From contig CAWJOB010000001.1 in NCBI GenBank assembly GCA_963844445.1, forward strand, positions 27,500-91,499: a stretch of DNA of 64,000 nt, written 5' to 3'. This DNA is from an uncultured Gemmatimonadales bacterium. Its GTDB lineage: Bacteria > Gemmatimonadota > Gemmatimonadetes > Gemmatimonadales > GWC2-71-9. Within the stretch, counting starts at the first letter, position 1, and every line of letters starts with the position of its first letter. The translations under genes were made by a program, and so were the position numbers. Positions 21,247-29,906 of the stretch are shown here, in pieces. Below the pieces are notes generated by a model. The model ran no database searches. It had not been told where the DNA came from and saw nothing but the letters and a program-made list of their open reading frames with translations.

Positions 21247-23077
21247 GTAGCAATACGGAGATGTTCTGCTGCGTGCCTTCGTTCAGTTCTACGTATTGCT
21301 CAGGCAGGCTCAGGCCAGCGCTTAAAGTAAAATTTGCGCCACTGAACTCGTTAAGCACACCATTGCGATCCGGAACAACAGCGAACTTTGCATACCAAGA
21401 CGTCCACCAGTCGTAGTTATTCTCATAGAGCAGCGCAAAAGAATACGTCAGCTTGTTGGCGCCGTCGGTCAAGTCAGACGTTAACAAGCCAGCCTGTATT
21501 TCCAAGAATCCAGGCATGTAAACTGGAATACTTGGGTGCGGTACAATGAATCCGATGTGACCCTGAACGGCTTCATGGGGCCAAGCTGTAAACCCCCAAG
21601 TAAGCAACCGAGACATGGAAGACCCATCAAAGAACGTGTCCTTCCAAGCAGGACGCACCAGATGGTCCTTAGTTATCGCCACCGCTTGTCCGGTAAATAG
21701 TGAGTGACGCCAGATCTCTCGCTTTGCGCGACCGCGACCGTGCTCATTTCCGTTATGGTCCACGTGCGACAAGTCTTTTGTGTATAGGAGCAGAATGCCC
21801 TTCTGGTAGCCATTCGAGGTGTATGGTGAAGGGCTTGCACCAAGCCTTGTGCTGTCTACCAGAGCGCCAAGTGCAGAATCGATGGTCGCTGACTGCTTAA
21901 GGTAAAAAACTCTATGGCCAGCATTGTTAACTAGGCACCTAGGTCGGACTGCGTATCCGAGAAGCTCACCTTCCCTCTCGATACGGTGGGATTCCAACTT
22001 ACGACACAGAATGTTCAAACTGTCCACCGCATCGACCAGCTTTTGGAGGGTACTAACAGGGATCAACGCATACAGAAATTCTTGTGGCTCACTGTAATCC
22101 ATCCCCGGTGGCTTTGGATCGAGCCGCAGGGTTGTCGCCGCAATGGTATCTCGAACGACCTGCATGTCACTAGTGAAAGTCCCACGCCAACCAAACCCAG
22201 AGAGCGCCTGAACGTCGCGAGTCCCCCAGCCATGATGCAAATTCCAGTTTGCATCAACGCCGGGTGTAAATTTCCCGAATGGGGGCATGTCCGGGGCACT
22301 GGAGTGTCCACCCAATTCCACCAATACGTGCGTTTGTAAGCTCTTGGCAGCTTGGCGACCGCCTAACACTAGGACGTTGTTAGGCGTACGCCCGGAGTGG
22401 CCAGCCCCCACCACTATGCGGAAATCACAGGCTAGCTGCGCTCGCTGCGGGATAAAGACAAACACCATTTCTATGTCTTCTGGGTGCCCTACCAATCCCT
22501 TGTCTCGAACGAAGTAGTAGTAGTACTCCAGCACTTGGAGCGGCGCCGCGCGGATTGTGTCAGCGAGATCGCGAGTCCGCCACTGTGTGCCACGCCAGAA
22601 GCGGTTCCACTGGAGCGGGTCATCCTTCAAGAAACGCCAAATCCTGCCATGCTCGTCCGCCGAGAGTTGGCGCACCTGGTAGAAAACGGCTGCGGCCGGT
22701 GGCTTTATCCTTCGAGCACCTCTCGCGTCTAATGCTCCCGCGCGTTGATAGACCGTGTCCAACCAATTGAGACTCAGTTGTTCATTCGTATTGAGCGTGA
22801 CAAGTGGAGTGTCCACTTGCGAGTTGATCGCGCGCGCTCCAGAGGAATCCATGCGCGCCAGGGCTGGGAGGTACGGGACGGTCGGATAATGTTCCTCCCC
22901 AGGCGCAAAATGGAGCACCGGAGCGAATAGTCGCGCCAGCTCGGGTGCCTCGGCGCCCTCGGGTATGGAGCAGACCTGGGTCCGCTGACTGGTGAGGGAG
23001 TCACTTTGCTGGGCGAGAGCTGTTTCGCATAATAGGGCGGAAGAACAGAGTCCTGCTGAAGCACACAGAAGGCGCAT
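21247..23077 (-). CDS. Secreted Vps62/DUF946-like protein with a beta-strand-rich C-terminal region; 3' end truncated at the ~21246 breakpoint
   Basis: It starts at ATG 23077 with GGAGG 7 nt upstream and the signal peptide 'MRLLCASAGLCSSALLCETALAQQ'. 'FAPVLHFAPGEEHYP', 'GHPEDIEMVFVFI', 'VVGAGHSG' and 'VELGGHSSAPD' resemble the Vps62 pattern. The ORF only stops after reading antisense into metB. Confidence 0.55.
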
Positions 23078-23468
23078 TGGTGACCTCCGCTAAGATGCCC
23101 ACGACGGGCCCTCGATTGGTTAGCGACTACGCCGCTGCCACCATGCCGACGGAGGGGCTGTCCTCCTACCCGCAATCCACCGGTGATCTGGATGAATGGC
23201 AGATCGCGGGAGCTGTCTTCGGGAATGATGCCGTCCGGCCCGAACACGTACTTTATGCCGGGCCGGACTCCGAAGAAGAGATCGGCGTCGAGGGCGGTGG
23301 CGCTGCCACCGTTCTGAATGAGCCCGAGCAGATTGCTCGGAAGCGGTCGTGCAGCCCTCGGTAGTCAGCGAAGTGTCCTCCGGCTGGGTCGTGTAGGTGT
23401 CATCGCATTCTACGCCTGGCCGCCCCCTCAACGCGGGCGTCTTTCTCGGAGCGGAGACTGGTTGCCGC

Positions 23469-23826
23469 TCACGCCTTCTGCTTCGCCGTCTCGATCCCAA
23501 GCAGCGCCAGGATCGCGGTGAAAAGCACCTCGAAGCCGCGAAGCAGCGTCTTGCTCGACTCCGCATGCCCCTGCTTGCCCTCCAGGTAGAGAGCGACGCC
23601 GAAGACCCCGGCGGCAAGGAGGAAGGCCACAGCCACGCGGCCCCACCGCGGGCTAGGAGTCGGGCCGCTTTCCTACCGCCGGCGCCCCGCACCATGCCCG
23701 ACGCCTCACGCTTCCGCGTGGCCGGGTCGGCGATGCTTTCCCTCCCCAAAGCCTGCTCCAGGAGATCCTCAACTTCGAATTCGGTGCGTGGACTCCCGCC
23801 TCGGCCGGCGCGTAGAAGATGCCCAT
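23469..23826 (-). CDS. Small membrane protein, hypothetical; 2 apparent frameshifts
   Basis: It starts at ATG 23826 with a GGAGG RBS. 'TEFEVEDLLEQALGRESIADPATRKREASG' is followed by the TM 'VAVAFLLAAGVFGVALYLEG' and '...LFTAILALLGIETAKQKA', in different frames. Confidence 0.4.
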
Positions 23827-23834
23827 GCGGCCTC

Positions 23835-24438
23835 CTATTGTTGTACGGCTTTCCGGGTCGTGTCGGGCGCCGGCAGGAGGGTCTTCGAGAACTTTTGCGG
23901 TAGCCCCAGCCGCACCTCTCCCGCCGGACAATCGGACTCGGCCCAGGTCTCGGCGAAGCGTGTTCTGCTCACCTGGAAAGAGTCCACCAGTTTCGGGACC
24001 TCGAGGGCGATCAGCTCACGTTCCGCCAGCTTGGCGCACAGGGGCTGAGGGTGGCATCCTCCTCGTGCCGGAACTTGGCGTTCAGCGCCGTGAGCAGGCC
24101 TCCCCCGGCCGCGAGAATTCCGGTGATGGTCGCCTTCTCGCCGTCCTCGATGCCCGTGGCGGCGACGCCCAGCGACCCCGCGCTGAGGAGCAGCGCTCCG
24201 AACACGTACCAGTCGCGGTCGCGGCGCTGCGCCAGCGACGCCTCGATGTCCAGCAGGCGGAGCTCGTCAGCCCATCGATGTAAGGGGGCATGATCGCCCT
24301 GATCGTGGTGTCGGGACTCTTCAGCGCCGCGGCTTTCAGCGACTCCACCAGCGGACGCATATTGTCCCGCACTGCCGCACCCCCGCAGCCCGCCGCGAAC
24401 AAGACGAGGAGGACGCAACCGATCGCGCGAGGAAGCAT
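23835..24438 (-). CDS. Lipoprotein, hypothetical; 2 apparent frameshifts
   Basis: It starts at ATG 24438 with the lipobox 'LLVLFAAGC'. It continues as 'ADELRLLDIEASLAQRRDRDWYVFGALLLSAGSLGVAATG' and 'AKLAERELIALEVPKLVDSF' in shifted frames. Confidence 0.4.
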
Positions 24439-24797
24439 GGTTCGTACGCTCCCTTCTAGGTAAGCTGTCTCGGCGGCGGCCGGCGTGACTCCAGCAGTAA
24501 CCTCACCATCCCCAGCGGACACTATGCGGGTAGGGAAAGCCAACGCACGCCTATCACCTGACGCCTCCCGTCATGCGGTTCACAACTGGAGACGGGTTCT
24601 GGTCGAAGCTTGACGCCGAGCGCTTCGCGACTATGTCTATCGAGATCAGGCTTGATACTGGGCGGCATTGCAGAGCTGCTGGATTGCCCAGCATGTGGGA
24701 TAATGCGTCTTGTTGTCGCCGGTTCGACTCTACTAAGCAAAAGCCCGGGCCCGGCGGAAAGGGCTAAATTGCGAACAAATAGGGCCCCAAATGCGAC

Positions 24798-25190
24798 ATG
24801 ATCGGTGGGAGGGCGGAGGCGCTGGCGAGCGAGGAGCCGGCGGTGCTGGCGCGGGTGGAGCAGAACCTGGGGATGCTGGCGGCGGACCGGGGGGAGCCGG
24901 GGCAGGCGGCGGCCCACTATGATGCCTGCGAGCGGCTGGCGGAAGCCAGTAAGGACGCGCACCTCTTAGCCCTGTGCCTGCTCAACCGGGCGGAGGTGCT
25001 GGTGGCGCTGGGCCGGAGCGGTGAGGGGCGGCGGGACGTGGAGGCGGCGGACGTGCACCGGGTGCTGGGACTCTGCGACCGGGCGGAGGGACTACTGGGC
25101 CAGGCGGAGGTGCGGCTGGCGCAAGGCGCGGGAGCTGGCCGGAGATCACCCGGCTCGCGGCTGACGGAAGCGGAGGCGGCGCGGGACCAT
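24798..25190 (+). pseudogene. Fragment of a TPR-repeat protein gene (very high GC island)
   Basis: 'LARVEQNLGMLAADRGEPGQAAAHYDACERLAEASKDAHLLALCLLNRAEVLVALGR' is TPR-like. There is no plausible N-terminus or complete C-terminus, and the GC content is sharply higher than both flanks. Confidence 0.5.
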
Positions 25191-25220
25191 GACCCCACCC
25201 TATTCCCATTCCGCCGCACG

Positions 25221-25664
25221 CTATATAGCGAAGGCAAACGCGTAGCGACCGTCTGGAAATCTGACCTGTGGCCACCAAGCGTCGTTTGTCCCGCGGCCAT
25301 CGTTCACTCTAAGAAGAAAGAGTGTGATCTTGTCGTCGGGGACCCTCCCCGCCTCTCCTCCGTCCAGAATGCCTTGGGTTTCGCGACGGTCCTCTTTTAG
25401 CCCTCGATCGCGAGCGACGTACAGGTAACCTGTCTTGTGCTCGTGCAGCTTCGCGAATTGCGCAATAGACTCTCCAACTGCCACAGGATTCCATACCCGC
25501 TCCGACTTCCGCTGATCAGGTACTGTAAGGGCGATCAATACCTGCAAGTCCTCGATTGGCGCTTCGACATACTGTTTGTCCACGACATGGCCGTTGAGCC
25601 TCTTGTTGATCTTTTCCGTGGACGCGCGCGGGCCGGCGCTTGCCGGTGGTGCAGGATCCGCCAT
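25221..25664 (-). CDS. Hypothetical protein (alternative TTG start at 25766)
   Basis: The ORF runs from ATG 25664: 'MADPAPPASAGPRASTEKINKRLNGHVVDKQYVEAPIEDLQVLIALTVPDQ...KTGYLYVARDRGL...'. I recognise no family. It is divergent from the HNH gene. Confidence 0.4.
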   Translation of the reverse strand: MADPAPPASAGPRASTEKINKRLNGHVVDKQYVEAPIEDLQVLIALTVPDQRKSERVWNPVAVGESIAQFAKLHEHKTGYLYVARDRGLKEDRRETQGILDGGEAGRVPDDKITLFLLRVNDGRGTNDAWWPQVRFPDGRYAFAFAI

Positions 25665-25752
25665 TCTTCGTAGGACTGGACCGACAATCCGTTTCGCTAA
25701 TAGTGCACCTCTCGACGTCGAGGGGCCGATCGCGTCGGATCCGGTTGTCCAA

Positions 25753-25772
25753 TCAAGGAAGGTCAAGGAAGG
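25753..25772. repeat. Tandem 10-bp duplication TCAAGGAAGG x2 in the divergent intergenic region
   Basis: The repeat was read directly from the sequence and lies about 25-45 nt upstream of the candidate HNH start codons (GTG 25796 / 25817). It contains an SD-like AAGGAAGG. Confidence 0.9.
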
Positions 25773-25795
25773 TCGGGGATGGGGTTCTACAATCA

Positions 25796-26865
25796 GTGAC
25801 GGGCGGGAGAGAATGCGTGGCTGACACCAACACTCATGGGCTTTCGCGGCACATCCCGACCGAGATCAAGCGCCAGGTCCGACGCCGGTCGAGGTTCGGC
25901 TGTGTCGTCTGCCGTCGGGGCTTCTACCAGTACGAGCATATCGACCCGCTCTTCGAGGATGCCCGCGAGCACGACCCGGCGCGGATCTGCTGTCTCTGTG
26001 GAGGCTGTCACGATGACGTGACACGGGGGCGCATCTCGAAGGCGTTGGTTGCCGTGAGATATACCGAGGTGCAGCAGAGCTCTCCGGAATCCGTGCAGCC
26101 ACCCATTGGACCACTCGACTTTCACGACGGTCGCGCTGAGCTCGCAATCGGCCGGCTGTTATATAGCCCAGCCGTCGAATCGGTGCTCCAATACCACGGT
26201 CGCAACATTATCCGGGTGCAGCCGAGCAAGCGACTCGATGAGCCAGGCAAGATCACGGCATCCTTCACTGATCACCGGGGAGAAGAGATCCTGCGGTTGG
26301 AGGAGAACGAGTGGGTAGGCTCCCTGAACGCATGGGATATCGACGTGGTCGGACCGAAGCTCACCGTGCGGCATGCTGGCGGCTCGGTCGCCCTCCAACT
26401 ACGTCTTGATCCGCCGGACGGATCGTCGTCGAATGGCTGGATATGCGCATCGGCAACGGACACGTCCTGGCAACGGAGGAGACCTATGCGATCGGTCGAT
26501 ACACTGGTCGCGGAGATGAGGTGCATTGGGTCCACGCCCATCTCAGAATCGCTCGAAGCACACCCGCGGGTATCGCTCTGGACTTCGCAACCCCCGGCAT
26601 TCTTGAGGTGCGGGATGCACGATGGACCGGCAGGGGAGGGTCGGAGATGGCTACCAAGGATCGGCGTACGGTCCTCCACGCGACGGCTGGAATTATGGTG
26701 AAGCCGCTCGACATCGCGATCGCCAGCTACTGCGGGACGTTCGAGTTGGCAGAACTGGCGATGGGGCCCGCCACTCTGACTCGCCTCCGGCAGGTCATTG
26801 TGAGCCATCCGGATCAGATGCCCCGTTTCATCAGCACAGGACGGCTATCCCCAGACACCCCGTGA
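25796..26865 (+). CDS. HNH endonuclease-domain protein with an uncharacterised C-terminal domain; frameshift near ~26420
   Basis: 'RSRFGCVVCRRGFYQYEHIDPLFEDAREHDPARICCLCGGCHDDV' has the CxxC...H...CxxCH layout of HNH. The C-part ('RIVVEWLDMRIGNGHVLATEETY...') lies in ORF 26443..26865. Confidence 0.65.
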
Positions 26866-27284
26866 TGCGGGATCGACAGTGGGCTTCCTGACGCGGCTGG
26901 CCTGCCGATCGAGCCGGAGTTCCTGGAGGCGGAGTCGGAGGGCCCGGCCTGGTGGGCCAGGCCCGGGAACAGCTCCTAGCGAGCGGTACGGGTGGCAACT
27001 TGGATCTCGATCAGGCCCGGCGTGAGGCGGCCCACCGGGTCGTCGTTTCGAAGGTGCGTCAGAGCCTCGACACCTCAAGCGGCAGTCCGGCGGACTTGGC
27101 TCGCAGTAACGTTTCCCAGTAACAAACGAGCCGGCGCGGGCTGGCGCCGGCTGGCGGTAAAGGGCACCTAAGTCCTTGAGTTACGCCGGCGGGCGCTACT
27201 CGTCGCCGGGCTTAGGCGGTTGATGAGCGTGAGGTCGGTAGTATTGGGAGGACAACCTGCAAGAAGGGCTCGGAAGCTGAGAAC

Positions 27285-28679
27285 CTATATCCGCCCTGCC
27301 TTCCATATTCCGCCCCCTGGCCAGCTCACTCTCTTGGACCGCGCAGGTCCGATTTGAACCGTAGATTCTAGATGCCCTGTATCACTAATCAAGCGTCGAA
27401 CAGCAACTGAGGAAACGGTCACCTCAACAAGCGAAGGGTCGAACTGAGTGCCTTTGCATTTCTGAAGCTCCGCAATTACGACATCCAGGCCAAGACGCTT
27501 ACGGTAAGGTCTGTCGGTGGTCATTGCATCGATCGTGTCCGAGATCAGGATGATTCTGGCCGCCAGTGGGATGGTCTTGCCCGAAAGACCGTCAGGATAG
27601 CCTTGACCGTCCCATCGTTCGTGATGATGACGCACTGAGTCCTGAATGAACCCGCGAAACTTGGAAATGATCCCGACTAGATCCGCACTTTTAACGGAAT
27701 GAGTCTGCATAAGGGCAGTCTCTTCGGGGGTAAGGCGGGCCTCTTTACGAAGCAACGGTGCAAACTCTTCGTGAATCTTTCCGACGTCGTGGAGCAAGGC
27801 CGCTGTTTCCACCTGCTCGATTTCCCGTGCAGGGAGGCCCAATTCGACAGCGATCGCCCTGGACATTTCACTGACACGAAGCGAGTGCCCAGACGTGTAT
27901 GGATCACGAGCCTCGATGGCTTTCACCATAACCTGCAGGAGCTCTTGCCCACTGTCTTGCAGCTGGTGGTACAACCCGTAGACATGGCGCACCGCAACAA
28001 TGGGAAGTATGACCCCGATCAAGCCGAGTGAGCCGAAACCGACCCAAACCTCGAACCTTGTGTAAAGCCAAGCAACCATGACTGCCAAGGCGCTGGCCCC
28101 GAGATCGTAAACGAGCACGCCCCGGGTATTCAAGTTCCATACCTCGCGGAACGCTCGCCCTGAACTCAGCACGACCACACTGTTGACCGCAGTCGCATTC
28201 ACAATGAAATAGACGGCCGCAAAGACGAAGAACAGACCTAGGTCTCGTTGCACTGCCTCAGAGGCTAGAACACCGCCTGTCATCAGGTATGCTGGTGGAA
28301 ACTGGCCGCCCAAGGCCTGATATACGAGCGCTGCAAGCGCGACGGTCAAAATCCGCTGTGATACATTGAAAACAACCTTGATTACCGGATTACCTCGCGC
28401 TAACTCCCCTAGAAAGGTGGAAACAGCAGCTACTATCGCTGCCCACCAGCCCCCGAAGAGGAGAGCGGCGGACATGTGCATGATGAAGGAGAGGGAACCC
28501 TTGGCGGAGAGACGAGCTTGGGTGTGAAGGCCTTCAAGTAAGCTTGCTACAAAGACAAACGTTGCGATGGGCCACCAGCCTGGGAAATCAAGGCCAATCT
28601 CCCTGAGAGTGGCGCCCACGGCAACGCTTGCGGCAGCAATGCCACCAACGAAAAGCCGGATTCGCACGTCGGTGGACAT
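27285..28679 (-). CDS. Membrane-anchored HD-GYP domain c-di-GMP phosphodiesterase
   Basis: This intact 464-aa ORF has about 7 N-terminal TM helices. It carries 'HSLRVSEMS', 'LLHDVGK' and 'HHERWDGQGYPDGL'. GC was about 47% in a hand-counted sample. Confidence 0.85.
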   Translation of the reverse strand: MSTDVRIRLFVGGIAAASVAVGATLREIGLDFPGWWPIATFVFVASLLEGLHTQARLSAKGSLSFIMHMSAALLFGGWWAAIVAAVSTFLGELARGNPVIKVVFNVSQRILTVALAALVYQALGGQFPPAYLMTGGVLASEAVQRDLGLFFVFAAVYFIVNATAVNSVVVLSSGRAFREVWNLNTRGVLVYDLGASALAVMVAWLYTRFEVWVGFGSLGLIGVILPIVAVRHVYGLYHQLQDSGQELLQVMVKAIEARDPYTSGHSLRVSEMSRAIAVELGLPAREIEQVETAALLHDVGKIHEEFAPLLRKEARLTPEETALMQTHSVKSADLVGIISKFRGFIQDSVRHHHERWDGQGYPDGLSGKTIPLAARIILISDTIDAMTTDRPYRKRLGLDVVIAELQKCKGTQFDPSLVEVTVSSVAVRRLISDTGHLESTVQIGPARSKRVSWPGGGIWKAGRI

Positions 28680-29071
28680 AGAGTACAGGGTCAGGAAATC
28701 CCGGTCTTACAATTGACCTTAGCTCCAGGTCAGGCCTTCAACCTTGCACAGATTAGCAAGAGCGTTGGCCAGGAACGCGAGCCACTGAATCTTCAACATG
28801 AGCGTCACCCCCGTGTAGGAAATCATTAACTCGGGAAGTGGCAACCTCGCTACGGCCGCCAGACGCTCCGCTCAAACAATTTTTCCGCTAGCACTCCGCT
28901 GGGCTCGTTTGCTACGTACTACCGTGACCGGGATCCCCTAACCTTGTGTTCCTTTCAATGATGGGTGGGCCTGCCGGCTCCCCCACAACCGCCCCTGATC
29001 GCTGTCGATAGTATGAATCCAGAAACGCTGGTCCGTAAGACCAGTCCACCCGCTCACTGCCGCCCGGCCCC

Positions 29072-29844
29072 CTAGGGCCGCCGGGCCTCGGTCCACCGGT
29101 TGGTCGCGTCCAGCACCGCGAACACCGCCGCCCGCTCCGCGCTCTCCTTGATCTCCGCCGAGCCGGTCAGCAGCGAGCGTCTCCCGCCCCCCCAGCCCCT
29201 GCACCGCCACGAACGCGAACTCCCGGTCGAACGCCTCCACGATCTTGGCGCCCTCGAGCGCGATGGAGAAATCCGTCAGCAGGCGGTCGATCACCACCAC
29301 CGACGCCTTCGCCGCCGCCTCCACCCGGTTCCGCGGCGTGTCCGAGGTCTCCTCCTCCGCCGTCTCGGTCTGCCCCCGGAACGACAGCGTCACCGTGATC
29401 ACCAGCCGGTGCGGCCGCTTGGCCGGCGCCACCGACATGGTCTCGAACAGGAGCGCCCGCTGGAGCATCTTGTCCCGCACCACGTCCCGCTCCAGCAGCT
29501 CGATCGGCCGCACCTCCGCCGTCTGCGCGATGCTGATCTTGCGGTGGTCCACCTTGAGCCCGAGCTGCGCCAGCAGCGCCGACTCGATGTTCCGCACCAG
29601 CTGCTTCGGCCTGGAGCCCGGCATGGGCCAGGATGTGGATCTCGCTCACCTCGCCCAGCGGCGTGGTCACCACCCGCGCCGAAAGGATGCCCTCGAGGCT
29701 GGTGAGCAGGTTCTCCGCCCGCCTGACGCCCCAGGGATCCGGAATGGACTCGGCCGACCCGCTGGCCCGCGGCTGACCCGGCTGCGGCGGCTGGTCCACG
29801 TTCACTGGCCCGCTTGGTCTCGGACTGAATCCCGTCACGGCCAT
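29072..29844 (-). CDS. Hypothetical protein, last gene of the Fe-S/GGDEF operon; frameshifts near ~29625 and ~29165
   Basis: It starts at ATG 29844. 'AENLLTSLEGILSARVVTTPLGEVSEIHILA' continues as 'SRPKQLVRNIESALLAQLGLKVDHRKISIAQ...' and ends '...AVFAVLDATNRWTEARRP' (stop 29072-29074). Confidence 0.5.
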
Positions 29845-29906
29845 ATACCCCGCTTCCAGGTTTCATGCGTTCAGGTAGGCGAAGGGGGTCGCCTTCATGC
29901 CACCGC

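Noticed and set aside
24690-24745. A tRNA/tmRNA-like T-arm ('GTCGCCGGTTCGACTCTACTAAGC').
   Set aside because: The GGTTCGA-like box is not followed by a complementary T-stem. No acceptor or anticodon stems can be drawn. At most it is a degraded fragment. tRNAscan-SE/ARAGORN would confirm.
26870-27284. Possible small genes or RNA in the spacer between the HNH and HD-GYP genes, including a 9-bp GC hairpin (AGCCGGCGC...GCGCCGGCT, ~27128-27152) and the peptide-like reading '...LDLDQARREAAHRVVVSKVRQSLDTSSGSPADLARSNVSQ*'.
   Set aside because: There is no start codon or RBS, no family recognition, and the hairpin lacks a U-tract. I treat it as degenerate intergenic DNA or a gene remnant.
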